A model generated the notes under the pieces. The model had not been told where the DNA came from and did not search any database. It saw only the letters and a list, made by a program, of their open reading frames with translations. Below are positions 1-13,037 of a DNA stretch of 64,000 nucleotides, in pieces. This stretch comes from Macrostomum lignano (taxonomy: Eukaryota). Numbering within the stretch: position 1 is the first letter of the stretch; each line of letters begins with the position of its first letter. Where the stretch lies: the NCBI GenBank assembly GCA_002269645.1, contig NIVC01001062.1, forward strand, positions 62,001-126,000, read 5' to 3'. Position numbers and translations under genes: made by a program.

Positions 1-86
1 TTAAAAAAGCATCAATAATTTAGGTTAGCAGAAATTCTTCACAGAAACGGGGTAAGGTGGACCCGAAGCAAGTGAAGTACATGTAC

Positions 87-1090
87 AAAGGGACTCCCAA
101 AAAGATTCTTCTTAAAGCGACTCCCAAAAAGATTCACCACAAAGCGACTCCAAAAAAGATTCTCCACAAAGCGACTCCCAAAAAGATTCTCCTCAAAGCG
201 ACTCCCAAAAAGATTCTCCTCAAAGCGACTCCAAAAAAGATTCTCCACAAAGCGACTCCCAAAAAGATTCTCCTCAAAGCGACTCCCAAAAAGATTCTCC
301 TCAAAGCGACTCCCAAAAAGATTCTCCTCAAAGCGACTCCCAAAAAGATTCTCCTCAAAGCGACTCCCAAAAAGATTCTCCTCAAAGCGACTCCAAAAAA
401 GATTCTCCTCAAAGCGACTCCAAAAAAGATTCTCCACAAAGCGACTCCCAAAAAGATTCTCCTCAAAGCGACTCCCAAAAAGATTCTCCACAAAGCGACT
501 CCCAAAAAGATTCTCCTCAAAGCGACTCCCAAAAAGATTCTCCTCAAAGCGACTCCCAAAAAGATTCTCCTCAAAGCGACTCCAAAAAAGATTCTCCACA
601 AAGCGACTCCCAAAAAGATTCTCCTCAAAGCGACTCCCAAAAAGATTCTCCTCAAAGCGACTCCCAAAAAGATTCTCCTCAAAGCGACTCCCAAAAAGAT
701 TCTCCACAAAGCGACTCCCAAAAAGATTCTCCTCAAAGCGACTCCAAAAAAGATTCTCCTCAAAGCGACTCCCAAAAAGATTCTCCTCAAAGCGACTCCC
801 AAAAAGATTCCCCACAAAGTGACTGCCAAAAAGATTCCCCACAAAGTGACTGCCAAAAAGATTCCCCACAAAGTGACTGCCAAAAAGATTCCCCACAAAG
901 TGACTGCCAAAAAGATTCCCCACAAAGTGACTGCCAAAAAGATTCCCCACAAAGTGACTGCCAAAAGATTCCCCACAAAGTGACTGCCAAAAAGATTCCC
1001 CACAAAGTGACTGCCAAAAAGATTCCCCACAAAGTGACTGCCAAAAAGATTCCCCACAAAGTGACTGCCAAAAAGATTCCCCACAAAGCG
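87..1090. repeat. 27-bp minisatellite with two sub-arrays
   Basis: Unit AAAGCGACTCCCAAAAAGATTCTCCTC to ~810, then AAAGTGACTGCCAAAAAGATTCCCCAC. It explains the overlapping repetitive ORFs on both strands. Confidence 0.97.
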
Positions 1091-1975
1091 GCTCTGAAAA
1101 ATCCCTGCAATTTTATTACTATGTGACTCACTGTTTTTTGTTTTGCAAAAAGCGTTCGACCTGAATAAAAGTACATAATTAAAAAAACTTCCCTCACCGT
1201 GCAATCCAGACAGGTGTTAGAATTGCACGAATCTTTCTGCTTTGAAATTTCCCAATTTCCCGCGTTTCTCTCAACTCATTAGAGCCACGCATCCTTATGC
1301 TAGATGAACTTAATTAACTTAGCAGCTGAGAAGTCACAAACCATTCAATCGATTTACACGAGAACTTGAGCATATTGCCAAATCTGTCCTCAGGTATTCG
1401 CATATTTATGTAGATTCTTTTTGATGACGTCATTGAGAGTAACAACATATCATTTGTGATTAACGAAAAGTTAATCTTAAGATACATAGATGTATCAGAC
1501 TATCGCTTGTTTCAATGGATGGAACTTGTTATCAATGAGTAAAATTGTTACATTGTAAAAGAGATACGATCTCATTACAAAAATCATGTAATCATGTCCA
1601 GATCGTCGTGTCCTCACGCATGAACAAATAAAAGGTTGAGCAGAGGGAATTAGTCAGTTAAAGGAATTTTTATGATTGATGCATGCCACCCACTCAGTAA
1701 CTCCAGCTCAAAAAGGATCCCCCCTAAGTATTCTATAGTATCTAGAATACTTTTACTTTTATACTAAATCTCAATGATTACAGTTTTACACCTTTACACT
1801 TTTTATACAAAGTAAAATACTATTTCGCAAAATACTATCCATACAATGCTCGTTTTAAAATATTTATAAATACAATTATTGCGGCAGAGCCCCCCCCCAA
1901 GGGCTGACCCGCGACCTTCTTCCTTTAGGTCAACGCATTTTAACAACAACTCGAGCTATCCAGTGAGGTTTATGA

Positions 1976-2075
1976 CTCATCTGACTCAGTCACTAAACGA
2001 GCAGTCACTGACTGATCTGACTGACTCAGTCACCAACTGAGCAGTCACTGACTGATCTGACTCACTCAGTCACTT
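1976..2075. repeat. Short copy of the CTCAGTCACT/GAGCAGTCACTGACTGATCTG repeat
   Basis: 2-3 units matching the 5786-6578 array. Confidence 0.85.
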
Positions 2076-2565
2076 TTTAGCAAATCTATTTAAATTTATC
2101 ATATATTCATTTCAGTTTATCATAAATCTAATACAAAGTCATCTCAATTTATGACCAATTTCAATTTTATATTATATATACGGTAGCAACGGCCCAAAAC
2201 TCTCCATTGTAGCACTTAATACCATGCCGTCAATGTCAATAAACTGAAAGACGTTGCCATCTCAGGCAAGACTGTCAAGTGCATCCGTCAGCTCCCTTGT
2301 GAGTGGATCAACTAACTGAGAAGCTGGCCGTGAAGTCAAAGTTGAAACTTTTGTCAGAGCCGTTGAAAAAAACTGAAAAATAGAAAAATCCTGCATAAAA
2401 AGCAACCCAGGTTGCATTAATTAGAGTTCTGTAACTGCAGGCTATGATTAAATTTGCAATTTTCTGAAGCAGGTGAACGAGAAGGTTGAGAAACTTGTTA
2501 ATTAGCTTAATTTTTTTTCCCGACAGGATAGCTTGCAAAGAGCGAAGAGACCTTTAAAGGGCTAT

Positions 2566-3669
2566 TATATGATAAGAGGGTGCCATTATATGACTGTCAG
2601 AGGGTATCATTATATGGCTGTCAGAGGGTATCATTATATGGCTGTCAGAGGGTGCCATTATATGACTGTCAGAGGGTGCCATTATATGACTGTCAGAGGA
2701 TGCCATTATATGACTGTCAGAGGGTGCCATTATATGACTGTCAGAGGATGCCATTATATGACTGTCAGAGGGTGCCATTATATGACTGTCAGAGGGTGCC
2801 ATTATATGGCTGTCAGAGGGTGCCATTATATGACTGTCAGAGGGTGCCATTATATGACTGTCAGAGGGTGCCATTATATGACTGTCAGAGGGTGCCATTA
2901 TATGGCTGTCAGAGTGTGTCATATGACTGTCAGAGGATGCCATTATATGACTGTCAGAGGGTGTCATTATATGGCTGTCAGAGGGTGCCATTATATGGCT
3001 GTCAGAGTGTGTCATATGACTGTCAGAGGATGCCATTATATGGCTGTCAGAGGGTGCCATTATATGGCTGTCAGAGGGTGCCATTATATGACTGTCAGAG
3101 GGTGCCATTATATGACTGTCAGAGGGTGTCATTATATGACTGTCAGAGGATGCCATTATATGGCTGTCAGAGTGTGTCATATGACTGTCAGAGGATGCCA
3201 TTATATGACTGTCAGAGGGTGTAATTATATGGCTGTCAGAGGGTGCCATTATATGACTGTCAGAGGGTGCCATTATATGGCTGTCAGAGGGTGTCATTAT
3301 ATGACTGTCAGAGGGTGTCATTATATGACTGTCAGAGGGTGCCATTATATGACTGTTAGAGGGTGTCATTATATGACTGTCAGAGGATGCCATTATATGA
3401 CTGTCAGAGGGTGCCATTATATGGCTGTCAGAGGGTGCCATTATATGACTGTCAGAGGGTGCCATTATATGACTGTCAGAGGGTGCCATTATATGACTGT
3501 CAGAGGGTGTCATTATATGGCTGTCAGAGTGTGTCATATGACTGTCAGAGGATGCCATTATATGGCTGTCAGAGGGTGTCATTATATGGCTGTCAGAGGG
3601 TGCCATTATATGACTGTCAGAGGGTGTCATTATATGGCCGTCAGAGGGTGTCATTATATGGCTGTCAGA
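2566..3669. repeat. 24-bp minisatellite
   Basis: Unit GACTGTCAGAGGGTGCCATTATAT with occasional 21-bp deletion variants. Source of the MTVRGCHY and MAPSDSHI ORFs. Confidence 0.97.
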
Positions 3670-4032
3670 CGGAGCCATCATAAAGCATTCAGAGGTGCCA
3701 TCGTAATTATAAAATACAAAACCAACCCCCGAACAGCTTCATATTGGTTCAATTGTGCGAAATTTCGCTCTCATCTTTGCTGAAACTAAAGTACAAAGGT
3801 TCTTAGTGGATCGAATATGAAGCCACAAGCTTAGCTAAAGAAGTCTCGAGAGAATTCATCAGCCGCGAGAGAGCATACCTACCCCACCCCCTCCCACGGT
3901 CAGCAGGGCCTGACTTTCCATGAGTGTCGTACAGAAGTATGAGAACATCGGGCAGATTCGTATCGAAGTGCTTGAGAAAGTAGAGGAAGTTAATACGCTT
4001 TCTTCTCGTCACGGGGTTCGGAAAGATGGTTG

Positions 4033-5428
4033 AACATTGTAAAGGAACTTGAATTCATGTGTAAAATGTCTGATAGATATGGACATTTTGAAGGAAACTT
4101 GAATTCATGTGTAAAATGTCTGATAGATACGGACATTGTGAAGGGAACTTGAATTAATGTGTAAAATGTCTGATGGATATGGAAATTGTAAAGAAACTTG
4201 AATTCATTTGTAAAATGTCTTATAGATACGGACATTTTGAAGGAAACTTGAATTCATGTGTAAAATATCTGATAGATACGGACATTGTAAAGAAACTTGA
4301 ATTCATTTGTAAAATGTCTTATAGATACGGACATTTTGAAGGAAACTTGAATTCATGTGTAAAATATCTGATAGATACGGACATTGTGAAGGGAACTTGA
4401 ATTCATGTGTAAAATGTCTGATAGATACGGACATTGTGAAGGGAACTTGAATTCATGTGTAAAATGTCTGATAGATACGGACATTGTGAAGGGAACTTGA
4501 ATTAATGTGTAAAATGTCTGATGGATATGGAAATTGTAAAGAAACTTGAATTCATGTGTAAAATATCTGATAGATACGGACATTTTGAAGGAAACTTGAA
4601 TTCATGTGTAAAATATCTGATAGATATGGACATTGTGAAGGAACTTGAATTCATGTGTAAAATGTCTGATAGATATGGAAATTGTAAAGAAACTTGAATT
4701 CATTTGTAAAATGTCTTATAGATACGGACATTTTGAAGGAAACTTGAATTCATGTGTAAAATATCTGATAGATACGGACATTGTGAAGGGAACTTGAATT
4801 CATGTGTAAAATGTCTGATAGATACGGACATTGTGAAGGGAACTTGAATTCATGTGTAAATTATCTGATAGATACGGACATTTTGAAGGAAACTTGAATT
4901 CATGTGTAAAATATCTGATAGATATGGACATTGTGAAGGAACTTGAATTCATGTGTAAAATGTCTGATAGATATGGAAATTGTAAAGAAACTTGAATTCA
5001 TGTGTAAAATATCTGATAGATACGGACATTTTGAAGGAAACTTGAATTCATGTGTAAAATATCTGATAGATATGGACATTGTGAAGGAACTTGAATTCAT
5101 GTGTAAAATGTCTGATAGATATGGAAATTGTAAAGAAACTTGAATTCATGTGTAAAATATCTGATAGATACGGACAGTTTGAAGGAAACTTGAATTCATG
5201 TGTAAAATATCTGATAGATATGGACATTGTGAAGGAACTTGAATTCATGTGTAAAATGTCTGATAGATATGGAAATTGTAAAGAAACTTTAATTCATTTG
5301 TAAAATGTCTGATAGATACGGACATTGTGAAGGGAACTTGAATTAATGTGTAAAATGTCTGATAGATACGGACATTGTGAAGGGAACTTGAATTAATGTG
5401 TAAAATGTCTGATAGATACGGACATTTT
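4033..5428. repeat. 49-50-bp minisatellite with higher-order (~148-bp) structure
   Basis: Core AACTTGAATTCATGTGTAAAATGTCTGATAGATA with three alternating variants. Near-identical ORFs recur 148 bp apart (4900/5048 and 4943/5091). Confidence 0.95.
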
Positions 5429-5785
5429 CGTATTGCGAAAGTATCATCAGAGATGATGTTTCTAATATGTGCAGCTATCCTGTCCTGAAAAAAGGTCCTG
5501 TTTATTTGAACGCCTCCGCGCCGTCTAGATAATCTCCAGAATACAGGGCGTCCGTATTGAATCCTCCTGTCTTCAATTGGAAACAGATAAAAGGTGAAGC
5601 AGTAGAAAAATAACCTTCTGAATGATTTATGACCTGGCTCGTATGATTAACGCCTCTCTGACGCTAAAGCTCACGTGTCTGGTTCATAGTCGGCAAGGAA
5701 AAAATGGAAGTATTAAGCAGCTATCGGCGTGCTGACTGCAATTTATAATATCTCGAATGAACCAAGCTGTGTTAATCCTCATTCA

Positions 5786-6578
5786 ATAACTGAGCAGTCA
5801 CTGACTGATCTGAGTCACTCAGTCACTAACTGAGCAGTCACTGACTGATCTGAGTCACTCATTCAATAACTGAGCAGTCACTGACTGATCTGAGTCACTC
5901 AGTCACTAACTGAGCAGTCACTGACTGATCTGAGTCACTCAGTCACTAACTAACTGAGCAGTCACTGACTGATCTGAGTCACTCAGTCACTAACTGAGCA
6001 GTCACTGACTGATCTGACTCACTCAGTCACTAACTAACTGAGCAGTCACTGACTGATCTGAGTCACTCAGTCACTAACTAACTGAGCAGTCACTGACTGA
6101 TCTGACTCACTCAGTCACTAACTAACTGAGCAGTCACTGACTGATCTGAGTCACTCAGTCACTAACTAACTGAGCAGTCACTGACTGATCTGACTCACTC
6201 AGTCACTAACTAACTGAGCAGTCACTGACTGATCTGAGTCACTCAGTCACTAACTAACTGAGCAGTCACTGACTGATCTGACTCACTCAGTCACTAACGA
6301 ACTGAGCAGTCACTGACTGATCTGACTCACTCAGTCACTAACTAACTGAGCAGTCACTGACTGATCTGACTCCCTCAGTCACTAACTAACTGAGCAGTCA
6401 CTGACTGATCTGACTCACTCAGTCACTAACTAACTGAGCAGTCACTGACTGATCTGACTCACTCAGTCACTAACTAACTGAGCAGTCACTGACTGATCTG
6501 ACTCACTCAGTCACTAACTAACTGAGCAGTCACTGACTGATCTGACTCACTCAGTCACTAACTGAGCAGTCACTGACT
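5786..6578. repeat. 36/40-bp minisatellite
   Basis: Unit (ACTA)ACTGAGCAGTCACTGACTGATCTGA(G/C)TCACTCAGTC. Confidence 0.96.
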
Positions 6579-8388
6579 TTTTTAAACAGAACAGAAAGTA
6601 ATAGCATTATACCGATGCATTTAATCAGATCACTTAATGTCCCAGTGCGCACATGTGGGATATTATTCGCATCTGTTCGTGAGCAAGAATTATGCGGAGA
6701 TTGACGCGAACAGATGGTTCTATCTTTCATTTCGTATTGCCCGACTAAAGTGATCCGGGTTCTGCTATCCAATTTCACTCCCTAAGTGCATCAATGGCGC
6801 CATATCTATATGCTCGCAGTTGGGCCTACAGATTTGTCACCCGCTGAGCAATGGATCGAAGAAGCATTTCGAGCAAATCCATTGCTACGAGCTAGAATAA
6901 AATTGGATTGCTTGGATGCGTTTTGTGTTTGAGAAGAATTGTCGGAAAAATAGATGAGCGAATGAGTGATCTTGAATCATCTTGCATCCTTTGCCATGGA
7001 TCCTTTATATTCTATAACGTATATTGGGACAGATTTCTGCGAGCTTGTACTCTCCTATATTATAGGAACGACGCGATAATTAATGCCAACACTCATTTCC
7101 TTGAAGTGCCCGCGCACATACCAATTATACCAAAAAAGTACATTTCCAGACGAGCTCTCGTATCAAGGATATTCGGTAATCCAGATACGTCTCAAGTCAT
7201 CAGATACGTCAGAATTACGCGTGATGATTTTCTTACTTAAACCTTTATAACGTAGGTTTATAAATTAAAATAAATTTGCGCAAGGTGATTTTTATTTTAA
7301 GCCAATACTGATATATATTTATATATAATGTATAGATATTATTTTAGATAATGTAAGCATATAGTTTGCAGTCAGTAAAGTCCCCCCGGCTCATATTTGG
7401 CTAATCTCTGTTTGCCCGTATACTCGTAAATTATAGGAATATGATATGACGGCAGGAATTTTGGGCGCTGTCTGGTTCCGGTGTATATATAGGTATAAGC
7501 AATCTGAGGGCAGACGGCTTTAGTTCAGGTTGACAAATCATTGTGGAAGGAAGAGTTTCCCACTAGCAGCAGTAGGCTATGGCTGGTTTTGAGACCTGCA
7601 GTGTCTGATTTAGCGTTGCCAGCTTGCAATCAATGTATTGCTGCCATGAAACGGAGCGACACTTAAACAAACAGTATTTACTCGCATAAACAGAAATGCC
7701 AATCAATGCGCATGGATGCTTTGTAATAGTCTAGTCAACCGTGACTTTCATCGCAAGCATGGCCCTCTTGTTAATTTTGAGTGCGTTTTTGACTAGCGAT
7801 AATTAACTATCTCTGACACTCGTAAGCAGCTCGTCACATTCTCGCGCCACGACTCCTGATTTGATTCCGTGCGCGCTCACATTGGTTTTCGGGGATTGTG
7901 TCCGAAAATTGGCCTAGATTGTTGTAGTGGGACGCTTTTGCCAAAGGCGTTGCGATAGGGTGTCCAAACCTTTATGTGAATATCCATCTATTCAATTTAC
8001 TTAGACACAGTGAAAGGTTAGCAAACATCCTAATAATGGTCTCTTCATTTCGCTTTAAGTAGAGAATCGACTTGTGTTCAAGGAAATTTTTTGTGTGTAT
8101 TTTTTAGAACGGAAAATATTATCAATAAAACCACTGAGACAAAAACCAAGCGCGTGCAGAACATTTTTATCGAAAGAAAACAGCAATACACGCTGCTGCT
8201 ACGACTTACATGTACGACAAAGCAAATAATATATGACTCAGGTTCTACGAGACCTCGTAATTATGGTCTTAGTTGACAAAAATGATAACAAGCTCGAGAA
8301 ATAAAAAAGACGACGATGAGTAATGAATAAAAACAAAAAAAATGTTTTGGATAAGTTCCATCCAGCGTTCAATCGTTCGCGCAAAGTC

Positions 8389-9849
8389 TCAAATCGGTGG
8401 GCAAACTTGAGGACTTAACGTCTTCAAGCCGTCATTGTCGTAGCCGCAGTCGAACCAGCAAGACAAGTGACCGTGCCGACAGTACAGCTGCTGGTGCTGG
8501 CCGGCGACGAAGCTACGCTGATCGTTCAGACACTGCCGCGGCGGCGGCATCAGGGGCGGCACCAGCGGCGGCGGTGGCGGCGGCGGCGGCGGCTGAATCA
8601 CCTGCACGCCGCCGTATTGAACCCGACGACGGCGTTGCTGACCCTGACGATCGCAGCAGCCCCTGCAGCGTCGAAGCAGATTGCGCAGACAGCGCCGATA
8701 AGCGGCATCAGTGGCGAATAGAAACAGCGGATTAGCGGCCGAGTTGGCCAAGGCCAACGACATGAAGACCAGATAGACGTCCTTGGCGATGAGCAGAAAT
8801 CGCAGGCTGGCCTCGTCTGGACTGTCGCCGCCAAAGTTCCAAGCGTCAATGACGATGTTCCACAGGTGGATGGGCGACCAGAAGCAGGCGAAGATTACGA
8901 TAAGCACAATCGATAGGCGGAAGATCCGCTGAGATCGTGCCAGGCGAGTTTTACCAATTATTCGGGGAGCCTGCGGCTGCTGCTGCCGATGCTGTTGTTG
9001 ATGCTGAGGTCGGTGATACTGCAATCGATGGAGATGACGCTGCTGCAGCTGCTGCTGCCGGTTGATCTCTCGAAGGGACCGACTCGCCCGGGCCACCAGG
9101 CGGCAGACTCGCACGTAGGCAATCCCAATTACGAACAGCGGCAGTACCAACACGCCAAGTAGGATAAAAGTCGAGTACAGCAGCCTGGCGCGAGTCTCAT
9201 CCTCGGGAGTCGGCACCCTTGAGGGTAGAAGCATGGACAAAGTGACATTCCAGCTCTCCTGGCACATGTGGCAGTTCTCTTCGTCGGTCAGACTGAACGG
9301 GCAGGGCTCCAGACGGTAGTTCATAGCGCAGGGCAGCGCGGCCATAGCTGAAAGCGTCCAGATGGCTATGAGAGCCTTGGCGCAGCTGACGCTAACGGCC
9401 GGCTGTCGGGTCCCAGACGCTCGAGCTTGAAGTACCCTGCGCACACCGAAGCTTCTGCGCCAGCTGATGGTTGTGAGGGTGAACACCGAGGCAAACATAA
9501 CGGCTAGATTAGCAAAGTGGACACCGCTGCAGGTGACTCCGCCAGCGTGCCATCGGTGATCGCTAAACTGGGCACCGGTGACCGGGACCACAGCTATCGC
9601 GATGAACAGGTCGCACAGGCACAGGCTGTACAGCAGCGGGGTGACCGGATTTCGCCTCACCTGGCGGGTGGCGGTTACCGCGTAAGCCAGCAGTAGGTTA
9701 GCAACGGTTGCCGTGGCGCAGATGAGGCCCAGTATCACTAGCATCACCCGATTGAAGTGCGTGCTCTCCTTCATCATTGCGCTTTGCTGCATGTTTAGCA
9801 GCAGCTCTTCACTGATGTTTAGATTGTCGGTTTTGACTGTCGACAGCAT
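8389..9849 (-). CDS. Class A (rhodopsin-like) GPCR, peptide-receptor type, intronless
   Basis: 486-aa ORF with seven hydrophobic segments. TM2 LxxxD (LCLCDLF), ECL1 WHAG..C, TM4 W..P, TM6 FACFWSP, TM7 NSAANP, helix 8 and a Pro/Gln-rich tail. Confidence 0.93.
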   Translation of the reverse strand: MLSTVKTDNLNISEELLLNMQQSAMMKESTHFNRVMLVILGLICATATVANLLLAYAVTATRQVRRNPVTPLLYSLCLCDLFIAIAVVPVTGAQFSDHRWHAGGVTCSGVHFANLAVMFASVFTLTTISWRRSFGVRRVLQARASGTRQPAVSVSCAKALIAIWTLSAMAALPCAMNYRLEPCPFSLTDEENCHMCQESWNVTLSMLLPSRVPTPEDETRARLLYSTFILLGVLVLPLFVIGIAYVRVCRLVARASRSLREINRQQQLQQRHLHRLQYHRPQHQQQHRQQQPQAPRIIGKTRLARSQRIFRLSIVLIVIFACFWSPIHLWNIVIDAWNFGGDSPDEASLRFLLIAKDVYLVFMSLALANSAANPLFLFATDAAYRRCLRNLLRRCRGCCDRQGQQRRRRVQYGGVQVIQPPPPPPPPPLVPPLMPPPRQCLNDQRSFVAGQHQQLYCRHGHLSCWFDCGYDNDGLKTLSPQVCPPI

Positions 9850-10201
9850 GATTGAATACAGTTTGGCGACTAAGCGGGCTTCAGTGAATCAGTGATGCTT
9901 CTTGGAGGCAAAGATGGCTATCAACTTCCACGGGTTGTAATTATAGTGAGCGAGCTTAGATAGGGGCATAGATCTGCTGCCTCTCAGCCAATGGGAAATA
10001 CTGGGATCTAGACAGACGGACAGATTCCGCGAGTCAAGAGCGACTGCTTTGTGCGTGATTCCTTGCTACACGTTTCATTTGACTTCCTTGGCTTTGAATT
10101 CCACGCATCAGTGCCGTATTATTAGCCTGTTTATTCACTTCACATGTTCTGCTGCCGCCACCATTGCCGATTGCACGGACCCTTTTTTTCTAAATTATGC
10201 C

Positions 10202-10381
10202 CAGGGACTACTCAAACACCGGGACGGGAAACTAGAATTTTTTTACGAGGCTGGTCTATCATCAGCAGTAGAAAATAACCATAGACAACAAAGTAACACA
10301 GCATCTCTCTAATGAAAATAATTGCCAGCCAGCCTCGTAAAAAAATTTTAGTTTCCCGTCCCGGTGTTTGAGTAGTCCCTG
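10202..10381. mobile_element. hAT-type MITE (180 bp)
   Basis: 53-bp TIRs starting CAGGGACTACTCAAAC with 1 mismatch. Perfect 8-bp TSD ATTATGCC at 10194-10201 and 10382-10389. Confidence 0.93.
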
Positions 10382-12154
10382 ATTATGCCTGTTTGACTTT
10401 GCAACGCCTCTCTTTGTCGTTTCTGGCGTTCAATACTATCTGTTTCAAAATGGCTACGATTTGGGATGGTTCGATCTTTCGATCTGGCGCCTTCATTTCA
10501 AAGCAGCATCATTGCAAAACATAGCAAGATACTATTGAAGAGTTCGGAAGCTGTTATGTGTTGCCTGCTGCACTTTTATGGCAGCTAATAAACAAGTAGA
10601 TGGATAATTCGAAGATCTGTCTGAAGCTAGCTATATATAGATCTTTCAGAGGATTTCAGGAAAAAAGTCTCGCTGAAACTTTCCCAATTGACGTTTGCCC
10701 GCGCAGGTATTCCGCAGACACGTTTGCCCCGCCGACCTTTAAGACGATCGTTTAAATACGAGTAAATACAAGTATGGCTTAATTTTTTACTCCAAAAACA
10801 CGGATGGTAAAAAGACTTTTGCAATTAAAAACAGTTTCTACAATACCAAGTAAAAATGAATTAATTTACTTATTTCATACTGACATGTTATGTAAAGCTT
10901 TCGGAAAGGTAGCTAGCACCTTAAACTCAACTTTTATTCACCATAGCAAAGTCAGGACCGACTGATTATTTGTATATTTGTATTTGTATAAGATACACTT
11001 GAATCCAGTTGGTCATAAAGCGAAATCAACACTACGAGCTAAAATCCAATTAAATATGTGTGCAGGGTCTTCAAGAGTGACATATTCTTGTATATACGAG
11101 CGTATTGGTTAGTAAGGAAAACAGTAAAAACGGTTATATAACTGATCTAGCTATGAACTGTGACGAAAAGTGTGCATCCGGAGAGAAAACATTGGCAGAT
11201 ACCCTTTATGGTTGAGTACTCGTATTTTCCAAATTAAATGATTTCAGGTTCTTCCCTAAAATGTTCCCTATTCACGATTAGAACTTTCTTTTCTCCTATC
11301 TTAGAAACTTCAGTTAAGTCTGTACACTAAAATAGAAGGACATTGCACTCGCACATCATAGACATTCCGTGGCACATCAATTTTGGGGGCTTGCCTGCAT
11401 AAATTGCCTACCTAGCCTAAGTTGTTGTCGACCGATTCGGGCGATGTACGGGCTGGCGTATTAGACGTGCTTTTTACATGCCGGTATCAGCTCAGGAAAA
11501 TCTCACTTGATTGTGATGTAACCTGGGGAATGATAGCTTACAGAGCTATGGCCGAGGCACTGATACCAGGGTAGAATGGAATCAGCCCTCACCCTCCCAG
11601 GGGCACCTGCCCTAGATGGAGAATTGGTAGCTTGGGTTGTGGTCCGATAGCAAGGTCCCACTGTTCTAATCCCAGCTACATCCCAGTAGCTACATCCCAG
11701 TAGCTACATCCCAGCTACGGCCAAGGAGTTTTGAAGGCAGGGACTGCTTAAAGTAGTTCTGTCACCAACCCTATTCTGGGCATCTGGGTTTGAGATATAG
11801 AGGGAGAGTTCAAATGAACAATTATTTGACTGCCGTCTGGCAAGCTATAGCGCTGTGATCGGAAACAATGAGGAATTGGCCTCTATTGCTTTAGGCTCTG
11901 TTCACAGGTTTTTGAATAATAGTTATATTAGTCTGCGAGTACCATTTGCATACAGCTGCACGTACATTGCTACACTTAAAATCTCCTTACGATCTGCCAA
12001 CAGCTTCAGTTTTGTATCCCTGCAGCTGCAGCCCTAGCCTTCTCACTAGCCTGCATGCTTAAAAGATGCAAGACAAATGGGTTATGATTTTCACCTGACA
12101 AATTGCTCAGCTGCAGATGCTACTGCTCGAGAATGAATGATTGAATTACTGCAA

Positions 12155-12273
12155 ACTGGGATCCGGATCCCGATGGTCAATCCCGGGATTTTCGAATCTC
12201 GGAAAATGTGATCCCGGGATTTAGAATCCCGGGATTCTGGCCTAATTTCGGGATCCCGGTATTGTATTCCCTA
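12155..12273 (-). mobile_element. Probable single end of an Ac/hAT-like element
   Basis: Minus strand starts TAGGGAATACAATACCGGGATCCCG, followed by clustered CCCGGGAT subterminal motifs. No partner end was found. Confidence 0.45.
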
Positions 12274-13037
12274 CAGCAAACCTTTAAATTTCATGCAAAA
12301 AATTGTCATATAGTGCGACCGGATGCTAAAAAATAAAGTTGAAGCAGAGAAAGAATTAATTGGAAATTTTTATAATAATTTTTAAAAGATAAATTTACGA
12401 TAAGCTGAATACTCGTAACTGGTGTTTGACAAATATCCGGTACGTGTTAAATTTAAAATTAATAATTTGCCCATTGTCGGCAGAAATTCATTTTGCAGAT
12501 TTTTTCATCCAATTAAATAAATTAGTCTGCCTAGATCGACTCTCTATTATTTAGTTTTACAGAGATGTGATGCAAAAAATTAATAAACTCAATTCAGTGC
12601 AGACTTAAATCAACTTGACAGTCACCGATTGTCATTGTTAGTATTGCAAGAAAATTCTGTATACTATGAATACGAGTATTACAAGGTTCTGTTCTCAAAG
12701 TACATGTATACTCAATGTACCGCGTACGGGACGATAATGCCTGCTCCGTTACAGAGCAGCGCACATACTCATGCCTGACCCTGAAACTGTACAATATCAT
12801 TCCAAATAAACTCTCAACGCCCGAGTTTATCACGCCGCTACACAAGAAATCTGTGCCAAAGCTTGCAAAGGACCTTGGGAGTGTACGCTGGTGCATGTAA
12901 TCTAAACGCCAGCAATGTCCTTAAGTGCACAGGTGGCTCAAAACGCATGAGGCCGCTTAAAGAGAGAGTCAGTTTTTCTTGCAGCAGTGGTAAAACAACT
13001 TGCGATCGCCAGCTAATGACAACTTTCTCGAGTTGAT

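Noticed and set aside
57-983. 308-aa KATPKKILL ORF resembling a histone H1 or protamine-like tail (TPKK motifs)
   Set aside because: It is a direct translation of a 27-bp DNA repeat with no synonymous variation and only a GTG start. It breaks by a frameshift inside the array, is open on both strands, and is preceded by a consensus donor GG|GTAAGG (52), suggesting intron.
4033-6578. Regularly spaced repeats as possible CRISPR arrays
   Set aside because: Units are contiguous with no unique spacers, there are no cas genes, and the context is eukaryotic and spliceosomal.
6580-7240. Stop-poor in-register frames on both strands, as a possible pseudogene
   Set aside because: About 6-7 stops in ~220 codons on either strand, no recognisable motif and no consistent splice structure.
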